Below, piece after piece: positions 26,475 to 39,243 of a stretch of DNA of 60,113 nt. Below the pieces are notes generated by a model. That model made no database searches. It saw only the letters and a program-made list of their open reading frames with translations, and was not told the origin of the DNA. Numbering within the stretch: the stretch's first letter is position 1; every line of letters begins with the position of its first letter. Source of the DNA: Chara braunii (lineage: Eukaryota > Plantae > Charophyceae); the NCBI GenBank assembly GCA_003427395.1, contig BFEA01000027.1, positions 4,406,882 to 4,466,994 of the forward strand. Reading direction: 5' to 3'. The position numbers and the translations under genes were made by a program.

Positions 26475-28263
26475 ATTGGTACCTTTGCCAGCCCCTGAAC
26501 CAGCGCATGGGCCGTGTCTCAACCTGGAAGCAACGCGTATACAAAAATAAATAAAATTAAAACAAAAATATAATAAAACAGCAGGACGGGGGGGGTTCCA
26601 TGTGACCAGCTGGCTACAGCTGCATGCCTCCCCACTGTGCCTTGGGCCGCTCCGCTCTGGCATAGTTTACCGTCTTTCGGGCCTCAACGGGCATGCTCAG
26701 GGCATACTCACAATGCAGGTCCCTACGGCCATGCTCACACCGCAACCCCAAACCTGCAAAGGTATGCAGATTTGGGACAGACAAATTTGAGGTTTTGGGC
26801 ATGGTTCAGGTCACACACTGCTGCACCTTTTCAGATGGGACACGGCCCCGGCCTTCTGCAGCAATAACGACTTGGTCCTTTGCTGGTCCCACGGCACCAT
26901 CCAAGTTGTGCAAGAGCTCTTGTGAACGAACTTCCACCAATTCTCAAAAATAAAAAAAAATAGAAATAATAAAAATAATAATACAGAATAGGACGGTTTT
27001 GCGGTCATCTCCAGCGGTAGCCACAATCTCCTTGGCCCCGCAGCTCCACAGGCCGCTGACAAAACGGACACACCAATGGTGCTTCAGGGACTCTGGTAAA
27101 ATCTGCGTGACCAGCCTTGTCCCTCATGGGCGCCGACGGGCATGCCCCCACTCAGTTCCTACTGCAGATCGTGGTTGGCGGACGCCGCACCTGCAGAGAG
27201 GCGCCCGATGCTCAACTTTTCTTCCGTCTCGCGGGCCAGTCACCCATCGGCTGACATACACGTTGACTTTCTCGGTCCGTGTTTCAACAATTCATGGGTG
27301 TATCAATTGAGCTACGCCCCGCTGGTCCCCGCACACAACTCCGGTACCAGCGTTGTCGCCGCGCCCCAGAAACGGGACCGACAAAAAACTAAAGGTAAAA
27401 AAAATAAAAATACGAACGTCGAAAACCGGTGCTTTTGGGGAAGGGAGACTGCCAGTACCACTCTTAGTTCCGCCGACCGGACCTACGGATGGGCCGGCGA
27501 CAAAATCAAGGGGGGGGTAGCCCCGCCGGGCCCTCAACCCCTTGGCGTCTTCAGCCGCTCCGTTGTTCCACCGCCGCCGGCCACCGCCCTCGATCCCTGT
27601 ACCGTCGCTTTGAAAGTCCCATGCCAGTACCAATAGTGCTAGTACCCAAGACTGAGACGAACTACTGCAAATTTCAATAAAATTTGTTGCCGCACAGGAC
27701 GCGGCCTACCAAAATACCTCAAGGCCACTCCTTCGCCTACGGACCAAACTCCCGACTGTCGACCTATGGCGCCCGCCGCTCATAGGGCCTGGCCCCGTCC
27801 ACGATTGTCAACCTCCCGCGCCCACCGCGCGGAGGTCCCTGCTCACGTTCTATTTTCTCTCGCATGCTCCAATCATCACCCAACGCAACACCACTTCCTA
27901 TGACACATGCCGTATGGACGCAGGTGCACCACGGTCACTTCAATAGAAAAAAATTTCCTAGTTTTAACCAAGGCCAAAAAAAAAAAAAAATGCCGGCAGA
28001 AACGCCAACTCTATAGCACCAAAATTAAATTCATCACGCGCGCCTTAAAAATTGCGCGCCCATACACTCTCTACTTTCCGTCAACCCTTCAGTCAACGCG
28101 AACCAAACACAACCGCAACTCGTGCAGCATACTCAAGTTTCAAACCAAGCCTATTTTCTGTCACTTGCAAAAAAACAGGGCGGATACCCTTGTAAGGGTA
28201 TTCGCGCCGACAGCGGGGTTGGGCAGCGCCAACCAAAAGACCTCTTCGAATGTCAAAACGTAC

Positions 28264-28314
28264 TCCCCCTAAGGATGGTTGGGTCTGGCCTCAACCGAAA
28301 CGCGGCGTCGGGGA
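28264..28314 (+). ncRNA. Minimal type I hammerhead ribozyme fold with G5A core variant
   Basis: tcccc-CTAAGGA-t-ggttg[..]caacc-GAAA-cgc-g-gc-GTC-gggga. Stem I tcccc/gggga, stem II ggttg/caacc, short near-palindromic stem III, GUC cleavage triplet. Confidence 0.75.
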
Positions 28315-28744
28315 CCGCCAGTATGCGTTGACTCTCGAGTCACGCGTACGTGCTTTGGATGTCACGAGCTACTATTGTCTTTCCTTCTTGGCATTTTCAA
28401 AGTACGAAGTCGTTTTGCATTTTGAGATAACGGAGTGGTAATGCTGTGTTCAAATATGCTTGGACTATCTCGCTGCAAGTGTGTCACTACTGTGTAATCA
28501 CTGCACCGAACTCACTCACCTGTGATCAAGCGCTGCAACCTGCCAAGGGACCTCACTTGGAACTTGGTGGTAGCGAGGACCAGTTACTAGTTACCAGTTA
28601 TCAGATTTGACGAAGAAGGATCGCTGCTCTATGATTGGATCTTACAGTGGAAGTTGTCGAAGACTGTACTATGCTGCGTGAGGGACCAGGTTTACAGGCA
28701 GCGCAGTCCAGCCGTGAGGAGAGGGTCGACTGAGGAGCTGAGCG

Positions 28745-29870
28745 ATGAGGAGCAGGAGAAGTGAGTCGTGGGGAAGACATGAGCGACGAATGGGTTATGA
28801 AAGTGGGGGTTGGGATAGCGGAGATGACAGACGCGATAGAGGCAGAGAGCGAGGAAGGAGGTATGATGACCGACGGGGGTCGTCAACGGAGGACTATGGG
28901 AGAAGAAATGATGGGGGGAGGCAAGTAAAATGTTACGAGTGTGGGGAATATGGACGCTATAAGAGTCAGTGCCCCCGGCTTCAAGGAAGACTCACCGGAG
29001 GCACGATCTCTTTGAGTCGAGATCTAGAGGAGTCTCTAAGCTCAGTAGGGAGGATGACGAGGCAACTGCTAGAACAGCAAAGGGAAGCGGAAGAAGTCAA
29101 GCGAGAGGCCGAGAAAATGAACAAGAAAGAAGCGGAAGAGCGAGAAGCAAGGGAGGAAGAAGCGAGGGTCACGTTGCAGAAAAAGTTGGCTAAGGAAGAG
29201 AAGGAGAAGAAAAGAAGCTGGGAGTTGAAAAAGTTGTTAGTGGAACAGCGTGAGGAATACGAGGCGAAATTGGACAAGGTTGTGGGCCTGAGTCGGAAGA
29301 TGAAAGGAGTCTCAATTGGAAGTAAGAAGAAAGAGAAGGCAAATGTGACTCCGGTGATGAGCTCCAAAGATGAGGAAGAGACCGAAGAAGAAGCTATGCC
29401 CCTTAAAGATAAAAGGAAGCGGAAGAATTCGACGGGGGAGGTGGAAAATAGCCCGCCGGTTGAAACTCCCAAGAAAATGGGGAAGAATGTTGAAGTTGAG
29501 ACGCTGACGGGCCAGAAGAGAAAAGGACGAGGAAGGCCGACCAAAGCGGAGGCTCAAGCAACTCGAGTAATGAAGGGCGAAGACCCATGGGAGGGAGTCC
29601 CTGTGGGGGAGAAATTTGCCACTGAAGCAGCATACAGGAGGCGGTCAGGAAAGCCATCGGATCTTTTATCCGGAGACACTGAAAGCGATGTGCAAAGGGG
29701 CAGGTCTACCGTTCTACGGGGTGAACGACGATGTGGACACACTGTCCGAGCTACGCGTCACGTACTGCTATCGGGGTCAGAAGACGTCGTGTTCAACGTC
29801 AAGCAAGTCTGAGGAGGAAGATCAGATAAGGGGCGAATCCCAGGATCCGCAAGGAAAGGCAGACGAGTAA
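28745..29870 (+). pseudogene. ORF1-like region of the Penelope-like element (zinc knuckle, coiled coil, AT-hook-like), frameshifted near the 3' end
   Basis: RD/RG-rich N-terminus, CYECGEYGRYKSQC, E/K-rich helix, KRKGRGRPTK. Confidence 0.6.
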
Positions 29871-29887
29871 GTCTGAAGGATGGAGTT

Positions 29888-32421
29888 TTGGAGTGTCGGA
29901 AATGGTGTAAGTTGAATCGCAGTGCCAGAAGTTTGATGCCTCTAATAGAAAGAATCTTAAGAAATGCAGTCCTGCTTCTGATTTTAGACAACGAGATTAG
30001 CTGGGGAAGGAAGTATGTGGAGTGTATCTGGGAGGTCTTCGAAAAGACCAAGGGTAAGTGGGATGTTCCTAACTCTTGTGTGTACCTCCTACTGGATCCT
30101 TGGTGTAGACCGACCTATATAGGTAAGACAGAGAGACTATTGAGCGACCGATGGTCAGAGCATATAGGACGGACCCTGTCGGATTGCGCGACTCGTAAAA
30201 ATAAGCTTTACCAATGGCTCAAGAAATGGGGGTGGCAGTCCTATGTGGCAGTTCCGGTGGCGATAGCGGAGGGCCAAGAGCTAATGAGATTGGAAGAAAG
30301 GCTGATTAGACGTTGGTGTCCTGTGCTGAATGTTAATGGATGGAAGGATGGAATGGAAAAGACAGAAAAAATAAAAATAGGAGAGGAAGACGGGAAAGGA
30401 AGAAGAAGAGGAGTTTGTTCTTTGAGAAAGAGAAGGTGTTGCATTTTCATACGAAAGAAGGGTCGAGCAGAGGAAAGTTAACTGAGGTTATCCGTTCGAT
30501 TAAAGGAAAACGTGAAAGTATCGTGACTTCAAGCGGTGGCGGGATCTGGATCGAAGACTGGGGTGTTGTAAGAAGAACCTTCGGGGATTCCGATGTGCAG
30601 TTTAATGGAAAAAAAGGGAAGCTCAAGAACGCTAAAAAATGGTTCGAGGAGGGAGGCGAAGTAAGGCTCCTAAGGATCCGGGAGAGACGACCAGGAAACC
30701 CCGGGATGAAAAAACAGCTACATCAGCTGTTGAAATGTCCGTGGTCCGTGAGAAAGTTGGAGTCACAGTCGATGGATCAGTTTGCGGAATTGTACATGGA
30801 GATTAGAAGCTTTTCGAGGAAAAGTACAAGAAAATCCCTAAAAGATAAGATCGACGGAGTGGTGAGAAGAAGATTCGGAGTAAGCTTGAGGAAGAGGGTG
30901 CTAGTTGGCGTCAAGTATGATGAAAGGATCTCGCGAATGGAAATTAGGAAGTTGATGCTAGAGAAGATTAGTACGCAGTGTAAGTCTGTTGCGGAAGCGA
31001 AGCTGCGATGTCAGAAGCTACGACTTGTCTGGAGAAAAAAACAGAGGGTAGGTGGTCTTCTCCATAACCATAGACGAGCCAGTCGTCTCTTGGCTACAGT
31101 CTGTTGTTGTGCAAACCTTGACCTCCCACGCCAGGGAGAACACGTGGCTTTTCGTTTAAGCAGTAGGACTGATGTTGATATGAGGATGTGGAATGGTAAG
31201 AATGTGATTCAAGGGATGGTTAGTGAAAGGGATGATATATGGCTCTGTAGAGAACTGAATGATGAGATGATCAAGTCTGGTCTCGAACCCACGTGGACGA
31301 TACAGCAAGCCAAACGTTGTATACGCAAGGTTCGTGCGAAGAAGGAGGGTTTGATCGATGAGATCGAAAGGGTGAAAAGGGAATGGGAAGGATTGGTGTT
31401 TTGCCCGGTCGATAAGAACTCTACGGAGACCATGGTAGTTTGTCCAGTTAAGTACGAAGAAGGAATGCGTCAGATGTTCTGGGGTAACCACGCGTTTGAT
31501 GCGGTGTGGAGAGAGAAAGAGGAGGTCTTGATCCGAGCAAGGAAAGAGTACAAGGAGAAAGGGCTGGAAAATATTGGAAAATGGGATAACAAAGGGTCAT
31601 GGGGAAGGACGTATGTCCTACCCAAACATAAAGACCTTTCAAAATTTTGGCCGATCTCCCCATCTCTTCGAGAGCCAGCGAGGATGGCCAACCAAAGAGT
31701 GGCTAAGGCTCTCAACTTCCTCCTGTTCTCCCTTCCAAAGAGAAGTCACTTCAACACCTTCTTATGGGCTTCCGACCGGTTGATTAGGCAAAAAGAGGGC
31801 GTCCCTATGGGGAGATCAAGTAGCCCTCCAATCGCCTGCATCCTGTGTGCTTTCTATGAGTATGAGTTTCTGACGGGCCTGGGTGCTGACGAGTCGTTAG
31901 TGAAAGGGATTAGGCTGGTGGACGATGTATCGATATTTGTCTGGCAAGGGTGGGAGAAGAGGAACCAAGGGAAAGCGAGGAAGATTATTGACCGTTTCGA
32001 AAAGTCTTATGATCCGAAGTTGTCGTTGAAGAAGACGGACGACGGGTCGAATGAGTGGAGCTTTCTCGGGTGTAGGATCAAGATTGAGGACGGGAATGTG
32101 TCTACTTGGTTTCGAGAAAAGAATTTCAAAGAGATTTGGGAAGGAGGCGAGAAGCTAACCTACAGATGCTTCTAAGACTTTGCGTCCTACACGCGTCAGA
32201 AACAGAAGAGAATGCTGATCAACGGGATGTTGCATAGGATTAGGGAATGCTCATCCTCTGCTGAATTGGTTGAAGAAGGATTGCTCTCGTTGAATCGCGA
32301 ACTGCGAAAGCAGTCGTACCCATTTGACATGTTTGAACGCACTTTTTGGTGTTTTGTACGGAAACGTGCGCTGGACTGGGCGGGAGTAGCAAGGAGGGTT
32401 ACCTTTGATATTCGGGCTTGA
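29888..32421 (+). pseudogene. GIY-YIG endonuclease + reverse transcriptase (PLE), disrupted
   Basis: CVYLLLD...YIGKTER...RWSEH...LEERLIRRWCPVLN, then a frameshift at ~30340. RT motifs CPVDKN, YVLPKHKD, QKEGVPMGRSSSP, RLVDDV, WSFLG. Stop at 32173-32175. The first catalytic-Asp motif appears deleted. Confidence 0.88.
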
Positions 32422-32807
32422 GGTGTTTAGGCTCGAACCTAGAACTTGGCGATTGGTGCTCTGCCTATTTCCTTGCTTTTGTTTTTTGCTTTTTGGTTTT
32501 CGTTTTTTGGTCGAAGTCGCACGGGATTTGTTGTTTTGAATGGATGGATGTTAGAATTTGATACAGGTAGGCTCTAACCTAGTACTTTGCATCTGTTTTC
32601 TGCCGATTTGGTGGGTTTTGTGCTAGAGTGTGTAAGAGGAATAGGACGAGGGACTGTTAGGAACCAGGATAGCATGTCCATACATGGGTTGTTTCGAGAA
32701 GGTACCAACAAGAACTAGTATGCGGGTGTCATCAGACATATGGGCAGGTACTATTAATAGGATAGGAGCTAATTCAAAAGACCTCTTCGAATGTGGAAAC
32801 GTACTAA

Positions 32808-32855
32808 CCCTAAGGATGGTTGGGTCTGGCCTCAGTCCAAACGCGGCGTCGGGGA
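32808..32855 (+). ncRNA. Second, more degenerate hammerhead copy in the 3' pseudo-LTR
   Basis: ccCTAAGGAtggttgggtctggcctcagtcCAAAcgcggcGTCgggga; GAAA is changed to CAAA. Confidence 0.55.
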
Positions 32856-33189
32856 CCGCCAGTATGCGCTGACTCTCGCGTACGTGCTTTGGATGTCACG
32901 AGCTACTATTGTCTTTCCTTTTCGGCATTTTCAAAGTACGAAGTCGTTTCGCGTTTTGAGATAACGGAGTGGTAATGTTGTGTTCAAATCTGCTTGGACT
33001 ATCTCGCTGCAAGTGTGTCACTACTGTGTAATCACTGCACCGAACTCACTCACTTGGGCAACGAACGAGGAGGAAAGAAAAAAAAAAAAATGAAAAGGTT
33101 TTTTTTTTTTTTTTTTTTTTTGATTGATTGATTGAGTGGTGGGGGAGGGGTCACCTCACCCCCCCGCCACCCACCACGCGCGCGCGCAC

Positions 33190-33224
<35 letters not shown>

Positions 33225-33270
33225 CACTCCCCCAAGATCCCGCTGCGCGGGCGGACGAAGGCGCAGCGCG

Positions 33271-33304
<34 letters not shown>

Positions 33305-34140
33305 TCCTAGCTGTTCTTTCTCTCTCTCTCTCTCTCTCTCTCTNNNNNNNNNNNNNNNNNNNNNNNNNNNNNNNNNNNNNNNNNNNNNNNNNNNNNNNNN
33401 NNNNNNNNNNNNNNNNNNNNNNNNNNNNNNNNNNNNNNNNNNNNNNNNNNNNNNNNNNNNNNNNNNNNNNNNNNNNNNNNNNNNNNNNNNNNNNNNNNNN
33501 NNNNNNNNNNNNNNNNNNNNNNNNNNNNNNNNNNNNNNNNNNNNNNNNNNNNNNNNNNNNNNNNNNNNNNNNNNNNNNNNNNNNNNNNNNNNNNNNNNNN
33601 ACACAAACACACACAAACACACACACACACATACACACACTCACTCACTCACAGTCAATCAATCAATCAATCAATCAAACCCCTTTTTTGAAGTTTTTTC
33701 TTTATTTATTTTCAAATTTTGCATCTGCATTTTTTATAAACACCTCATACCCCTGCAAAAAAAACAAAAATTCATTTATGAAAAAATACAGGTGAACTCA
33801 GAGACCATATATATCTCATGATAAAAAATGACAAAAAAAAAATTCAGCTTTTCTTTATTTTTTGTTTTTTAATTTTCTTTAAATCGAATTTAGTTTTTGA
33901 TTTTTTTAAAATCCTAAACAAAGTCGGATTCCAAAAAAACAAATATGGGGTTGTAGGGCTTAAAATTCCCTACAACCCCAAATTTGTTTTTTTTTTTTAA
34001 CCTATTATTTAATTCAAGAAAATTCTGGTAAAATCGGGTCCACGGCGCGGACCAGGTCGGCCGCGGACGCGGCCCCATCTGCGTCCGCCATCCGAGATCG
34101 GACCCGCGGACGCGTCCGCGGGTGTTTCATAGGACTGATG

Positions 34141-35114
34141 GTCAGACCGAGGTCACGAACAGGACTCTTGGAGATATTCTCCAAAAGATTGTTCGTGACG
34201 ACCAGCAGTGGGATCTCCATCTTGCCCACGCGGAGATAGCCTACAACCACGCCGTCTCGCCAGCCACGGAGATGTCGCCCTACTATTGCGACCTCGGCTA
34301 TCACCCTCGTGTTCCCGCGGACTTCCTTCGACCGTCACAGATGCACCCCGACACGAGTTGTCCCGCGCTAGATGATTGGGTTGCACACATGATGTTGATC
34401 ATGAAGACCGCACATGAGCACAGAGCCGCTTCCCAGACTCGCATGGTCGTACGTGCGAACTGCTCGAGGATGGATCATTCATTCAAAGTCGGTGATGATG
34501 TGCTTATCGACGCCTGCCACTTACAGCTCAAAGCGGACACGCTTCGCAAGTTTTGGCGTCGCTTCTTTGGCCCATGCCGCATCCTCCAAGCCGTCGGTTC
34601 TGATACAGCATTTAGCCCGGTCAGCTTCTGTGTGAAGCTGCCCGACTACCTACGCCAGGCTCGTGTGCACGATGTCTACCACGTCTCGTTACTGCGTCCC
34701 TACCACAGACCGTCTGAGCGTTTCACCGGACGACCATACGAGCGCCCTCCACCCATCATGGTGGACGGCCACGAGAAGTTCCTCGTTTCAGACATCATTG
34801 GTCGCCGAGTCACCAACGACAACCCTCCCCATGTCGAGTATCTCATACGTTGGAAAGGTTACCCTAATGAGGAGGCTACCTGGGAGCCCCTCGCGCACTT
34901 GCAGCACGCTCGCATGTTGGTGCGTGCCTATGACCGTGCTCGTCGTGCTGGGTTCACTGCTCCTCCTCAGCCCACTGACCCTCCTCCTTCTCCCTCGGCT
35001 AAGGAGACCGCTGAAGTCGAGCCTGCTCTATCTGAGGCAGACCTTCAGCAGCAGCCGGATGCTTCTGAGCGTCCACAACGCACTCGTCGTTGTCCTGCTC
35101 GATACGACGATTGA
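34141..35114 (+). mobile_element. Ty3/Gypsy 3' part: integrase C-terminus and chromodomain
   Basis: GQTEVTNRTL...AEIAYN, FFGPCRIL, VHDVYHVSLLRPY, then chromodomain EYLIRWKGYPNEEATWEP. Confidence 0.95.
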
Positions 35115-35799
35115 CTCTGACTTACCTTCCCACGTCTTTGACTTCTCAGTACTTCATCCACTCCAGTTTTGCTACTTCAGCTTGTCGACGTTGCGGCTCT
35201 TCCTGGACGACATTCCGGACTTCTCATCATGGACGTCATCGGTAGCTTCATGGACTTCGTCATGATCAGCTCTGCCTACTTCAGACGTCATCACTCTCTT
35301 ACCACTTTACCCTGTACAGTACCCTTGTTGTGTCGCATGATGGTCTCCCTTCGCCGGGTTCCTCTAAGTTAGGTTCTCCCTTGGTATACGCATAGGCATC
35401 GGGACCGTAGCGTTGCCCTGGCTTCCCAGCTTACGGATCTAGCTCCGACTTCCCTCACTTTCTGTCGGCCCTCACGCCCCAGTTAGGCAGCCCCGCATGC
35501 TTCATCTAGGTGCGCCCAGTATACCAGGCTCCCTTGTTCCCTTGCATGGTCGACCCTCCATAGCGGTCACCCCTTTAGTCGATCATTACCCGCCCTGATG
35601 GTCTATCTGTTAGGGCCACTGGTTCTGTTCGCTCCCAGTTCCCTACCCTCAGTGACCCTCATGACATGTGTTTCCCCTGTTGTTATGTGTGGATGCCCTT
35701 AGGAGTTATCGACCTCTAGGCTGCATTCGCCAGCCTCAGAGACCATCCCACCCTTCGGTTCGCGACACACTACTCTTGTGACATATAATGGAAGAGCCC

Positions 35800-35920
35800 T
35801 GTGGCGAATGCAGCCCGATAGATAAGCCCTCAATCCTGACGGTTCTCTCACCACCGCCGGGATAGTGGGCTTACACAGGGGCTATTATTCTCAAAAAAAA
35901 AAAAAAAAAAAAAAAAAAAA
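35800..35920 (+). mobile_element. LINE/SINE 3' end with poly-A tail
   Basis: Poly-A at 35893-35920. Upstream sequence is homologous to 8231-8297 (reverse complement). Confidence 0.6.
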
Positions 35921-36547
35921 CAATGGTGTGACCATCGTGCAGGAGAACAGGCAGTGTTCCAATGTTGCCCGGGCTGGCGGAGTCGACCTGCCCCAGTAGG
36001 TAAAGATGGGGGACAACAGTCTCTTCTGTTCCAGGTTCGTTCTTGACTCTACCATCTTCCCCCAAACATAACGCAATGCCATATGCGTTGTAAACGAATA
36101 CAATGCATATCGTGCGTTGTATTCTTTTGCAACGCATATGCGTTATGTTTGAGTGAACTAAACCAACTTCACCTACACAAGGGGGTCGGGTCCAGGCTGA
36201 GTAGGCTCAGTTCTGGACCACGGCTGGGGGCCTCAAAGCCTATGCAAAAAGGTAAAAGTGAAGTTGGGTCCCGCCGCACAGCACACGAAACGAAAACAAA
36301 ACGAGGGCATCTGCCCACGAAAGGTGGCAAAATACACTCGTTACTATTGATAGCAAACCGATGAACCTGGCTATTTTCTGCAGGAAGATGCACTCATTTC
36401 GTTTTTCGTTTCGTGTCCCGTGCGGCGACGCCCGTAGCCACGTACCTTTCCATGTTCTGACAATGCCTTGGTGAGTGGCCTTCTGATTTTTCCACTTTCT
36501 TGGCTGCGCTACATCTCTGGCTGTCAGAAGGGTCTTCCCGCACGGGC

Positions 36548-36584
<37 letters not shown>

Positions 36585-36628
36585 CAGAGCAGCTTGTCAG
36601 TGGCAGGGAGGGCAGTTTCTTGCCGATA

Positions 36629-36685
<57 letters not shown>

Positions 36686-36730
36686 AGCTTGTCAGTGGCA
36701 GGGAGGGCAGTTTATTGCCGACAACAGATG

Positions 36731-36763
<33 letters not shown>

Positions 36764-36832
36764 GGCAAGAAAAAAAAAGTTAGAGAGCAGCTTGTAAGTG
36801 GCAAGGAGGGCAGTTTATTGCCGATAGCAGAT

Positions 36833-36928
<96 letters not shown>

Positions 36929-38520
36929 CGAAAAAAAAAAGTTACATTCGAATACAACAATTTTCTCTTTGTGAAATTCAAATATAATGCATATGCTTTT
37001 TATTCGTATAAAAAGCATGTGCGTTATATTCGAAGTGCCCTTGTATTCGAAAAAAGGGTCAAACTTTCCAAAAAACGTTTTTTTTGGAAAACTCGAATAC
37101 AACGCATGTGTTATGTTCGGGGGAAGACGGTAGCCAATCGGGGGTAAGCAAACAGCGATGGAGAATTTCTGAATTTTCCATTGCAAGGCTCTGAGATTCG
37201 TAGGCATGATCTTGGACTACATGGCAACTTCTCCATTAGTTGTGGGTCATTCGGCAAGTCTCGCACCCATCTGGGAGATATTGTTTGGTCGATTGGTACT
37301 TGTGAGGACGAGGCTTTGTAGCCCTCTTTGATAGCATAGTCCCAAACGTGCATCGGTTTTAGCCCATGTCGCTCCCATTCTCCCGGATCAACGGGCAATC
37401 TTGCAGGCGGTATTGTGCTCTCATAAACAAACAGGCCGTTCTGGTGGTCCCCCACTACACATACATGTATGAGGCCCACCCAATTCATTGCTATCCTGAT
37501 TATCGTTTCTTGCGAGTCTGGAAAATCTAGCTCCCGGCAGGTTAGGCTCATAGGCTTCCAGCGAGCAGTGCCCCTCTTCGTTTCGTTGCACTCTATACAC
37601 TATGGGTGACGTGGGCAAGTCAGCATGTCTAATCACCAGTCATCTTGGTGGACTCAGGCCCCTGAGGGACCAGTCATAAGAGCTGCCCTCCAAGCCAGGG
37701 GTAGAGCCTCCCTCAACTTGATTGCTCTGTCTTCCACGTTTTTGGTGTGTTTGCACTTGAGCTGTAGCTGGTCTGTCGCGGCCCAATCACCTTTGCCCGG
37801 GTCCCAGAGGTCGCCCACCGTGAAAACTCCTTTTTTTGCCCAAGTGAGCCAAGGTGAGTTCGTTGTTAGAGAGAAGGGGTTGCCGTCCACATCCAGGATA
37901 AAGGGGTTGTCAAAGAGGGGCTGCCTCCAGATGTTAGGCCACCTGTTGGGAGGTCATTTCTGTTGCGGGTCACGTGTCCTCCAAAGTTTTGAGCATGTAG
38001 GGCCACAAGGGATCCGAAAGAAGATCTTGTCTTGCAACTTGTGTCGGGTTATTGTCATGCGTTTGTTGCAAAGGGGTGAGTATCGACCATTACTTGTTGG
38101 TCAGTCACTGAAGGGGGTGTCGGGTGTTAATTGTCGGTGATTCCGGGACCAGGTTGGCGATTTGCAGGCAAGTCAAAGAAATCCACGGAATGTCGTTCCC
38201 AATCAGCAGCCTAATGAGTACTTTAAAGATTAATGCATCGCTTGCTCTCTTCGGGTCCGGTAATCCCAACCCCCCTTTGGATCTGGATTGGGTGAGGGTT
38301 TCCCTGCTGAGCCAGTGTACACACCTCTGATCCTTGACAAAATTCTTCCAGAGATATGTCGTCAACGTTTTTGTCAGTCTGCTATATTGTTTGGGCTTCA
38401 GCGGCCACACTCGACAACAGTTTATTTGTTTGTTGTATGCGACTTGCTTTGTGCTTTACGTGTTTTATCTTCCGATTGAATTCCTATACTGCAATCCGAA
38501 CGTCCCACTTTGGTACACAC
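35921..38520 (-). mobile_element. L1/Tx1-like LINE ORF2 remnant (post-RT region), interrupted by a MITE
   Basis: YLWKNF...VHWLSRETLTQSRSKGGLGLPD motif; WAKKGVFTVGDLWD. The frame FAYPRLA|RVKNEPG is restored when 36052-37130 plus one TA is removed. Confidence 0.75.
36052..37130. mobile_element. 1.08-kb non-autonomous Tc1/mariner-pogo-like element with TA TSD
   Basis: TA|ccatcttcccccaaacataacgca ... tgtgttatgttcgggggaagacgg|TA. The TIR is related to the 1062-1166 MITE. Confidence 0.85.
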
Positions 38521-38862
38521 CAGCTGCATGATGGGGTAACATTACCTGCCTCAAGCCGAAAGTCGAGGGGGGAAAGCGGGCTGTGTCAGCACAGAGCACA
38601 ACATATCGAGTCCAATGACTTCGGCACTTTTTCACACTCATAATTATCTGCACCCACTAACGTTGGCATGTTTTCACACTCAGAATTGTCTGCAAAAAGA
38701 TATGAAAACAATCAGGGGTGTAAATTGAAAACTCATCATTTGGGAACAATATGAGAAAAGGGTTCTAAAAAAAAAAATAGAGGATGGGGAAAAACCATTT
38801 TGGTGGCAAAAAATCACATATTATGGCCTACCTCCTGCCAAAGCTTTCCACTTCACACAGAA

Positions 38863-39243
38863 AATAAAGATGAAAATCTGATTTAAATGACTAGGTACAA
38901 CATCCCATTTGACGCCTCAGGAAGGTACTGCCCAACTGTGAAGTACATCAGCAGATGTGATAATCATACATAATAAATTATTTTTGGCTGGTACAACCAC
39001 TAGATTATCTACTTCTAATAAACGTAATTGACACAATTTTACATCATCCTCTGGAATCATGTAACTATCAAAAGTAAGTGATTGTTCATCTGAAGTATTA
39101 TTATATGAATTCTCACAAGTCCAATATCATTCATGTCCAATCACTTACCACCACTATCAAAAGTAAGTGATTGTTCATCTGAAGTATGATTATATGAATT
39201 CTCACAAGTCCAATATCATTCATGTCCAATCACTTACCACCAC
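38863..39243 (-). pseudogene. cox2: Mitochondrial cox2 fragment (NUMT) with an 89-bp internal tandem duplication
   Basis: Translates as IGHE*YWT...[17 protein letters not shown]...[15 protein letters not shown]...[19 protein letters not shown]. Confidence 0.93.

Larger units (their letters stand above)
28234..33053 (+). mobile_element. Penelope-like retroelement with N-terminal GIY-YIG (Naiad/Chlamys-type order) and direct pseudo-LTRs
   Basis: ~285-bp direct repeats at 28234-28519 and 32775-33053. GIY-YIG precedes RT. Hammerhead folds in both repeats. Possible TSD ttgggcagcg (28219-28228) / ttgggcaacg (33054-33063). Confidence 0.88.
18026..34132. mobile_element. 16.1-kb non-autonomous TIR element with 8-bp TSD (hAT/P-like) carrying nested insertions
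   Basis: TSD gactgatg at 18018-18025 and 34133-34140. Ends are CTATGAATACCCCCCGACG and (revcomp) CTATGAAACACCCGCGGACG. Subterminal palindrome ccgcggacgcgtccgc near both ends. Removing it restores integrase YHPQTDGQTEVTNR. Confidence 0.9.

Noticed and set aside
28981-29544. Antisense ORFs over the Penelope-like, Gypsy and HEN1 coding regions (e.g. also 52484-53062)
   Set aside because: Shadows of the real opposite-strand frames.
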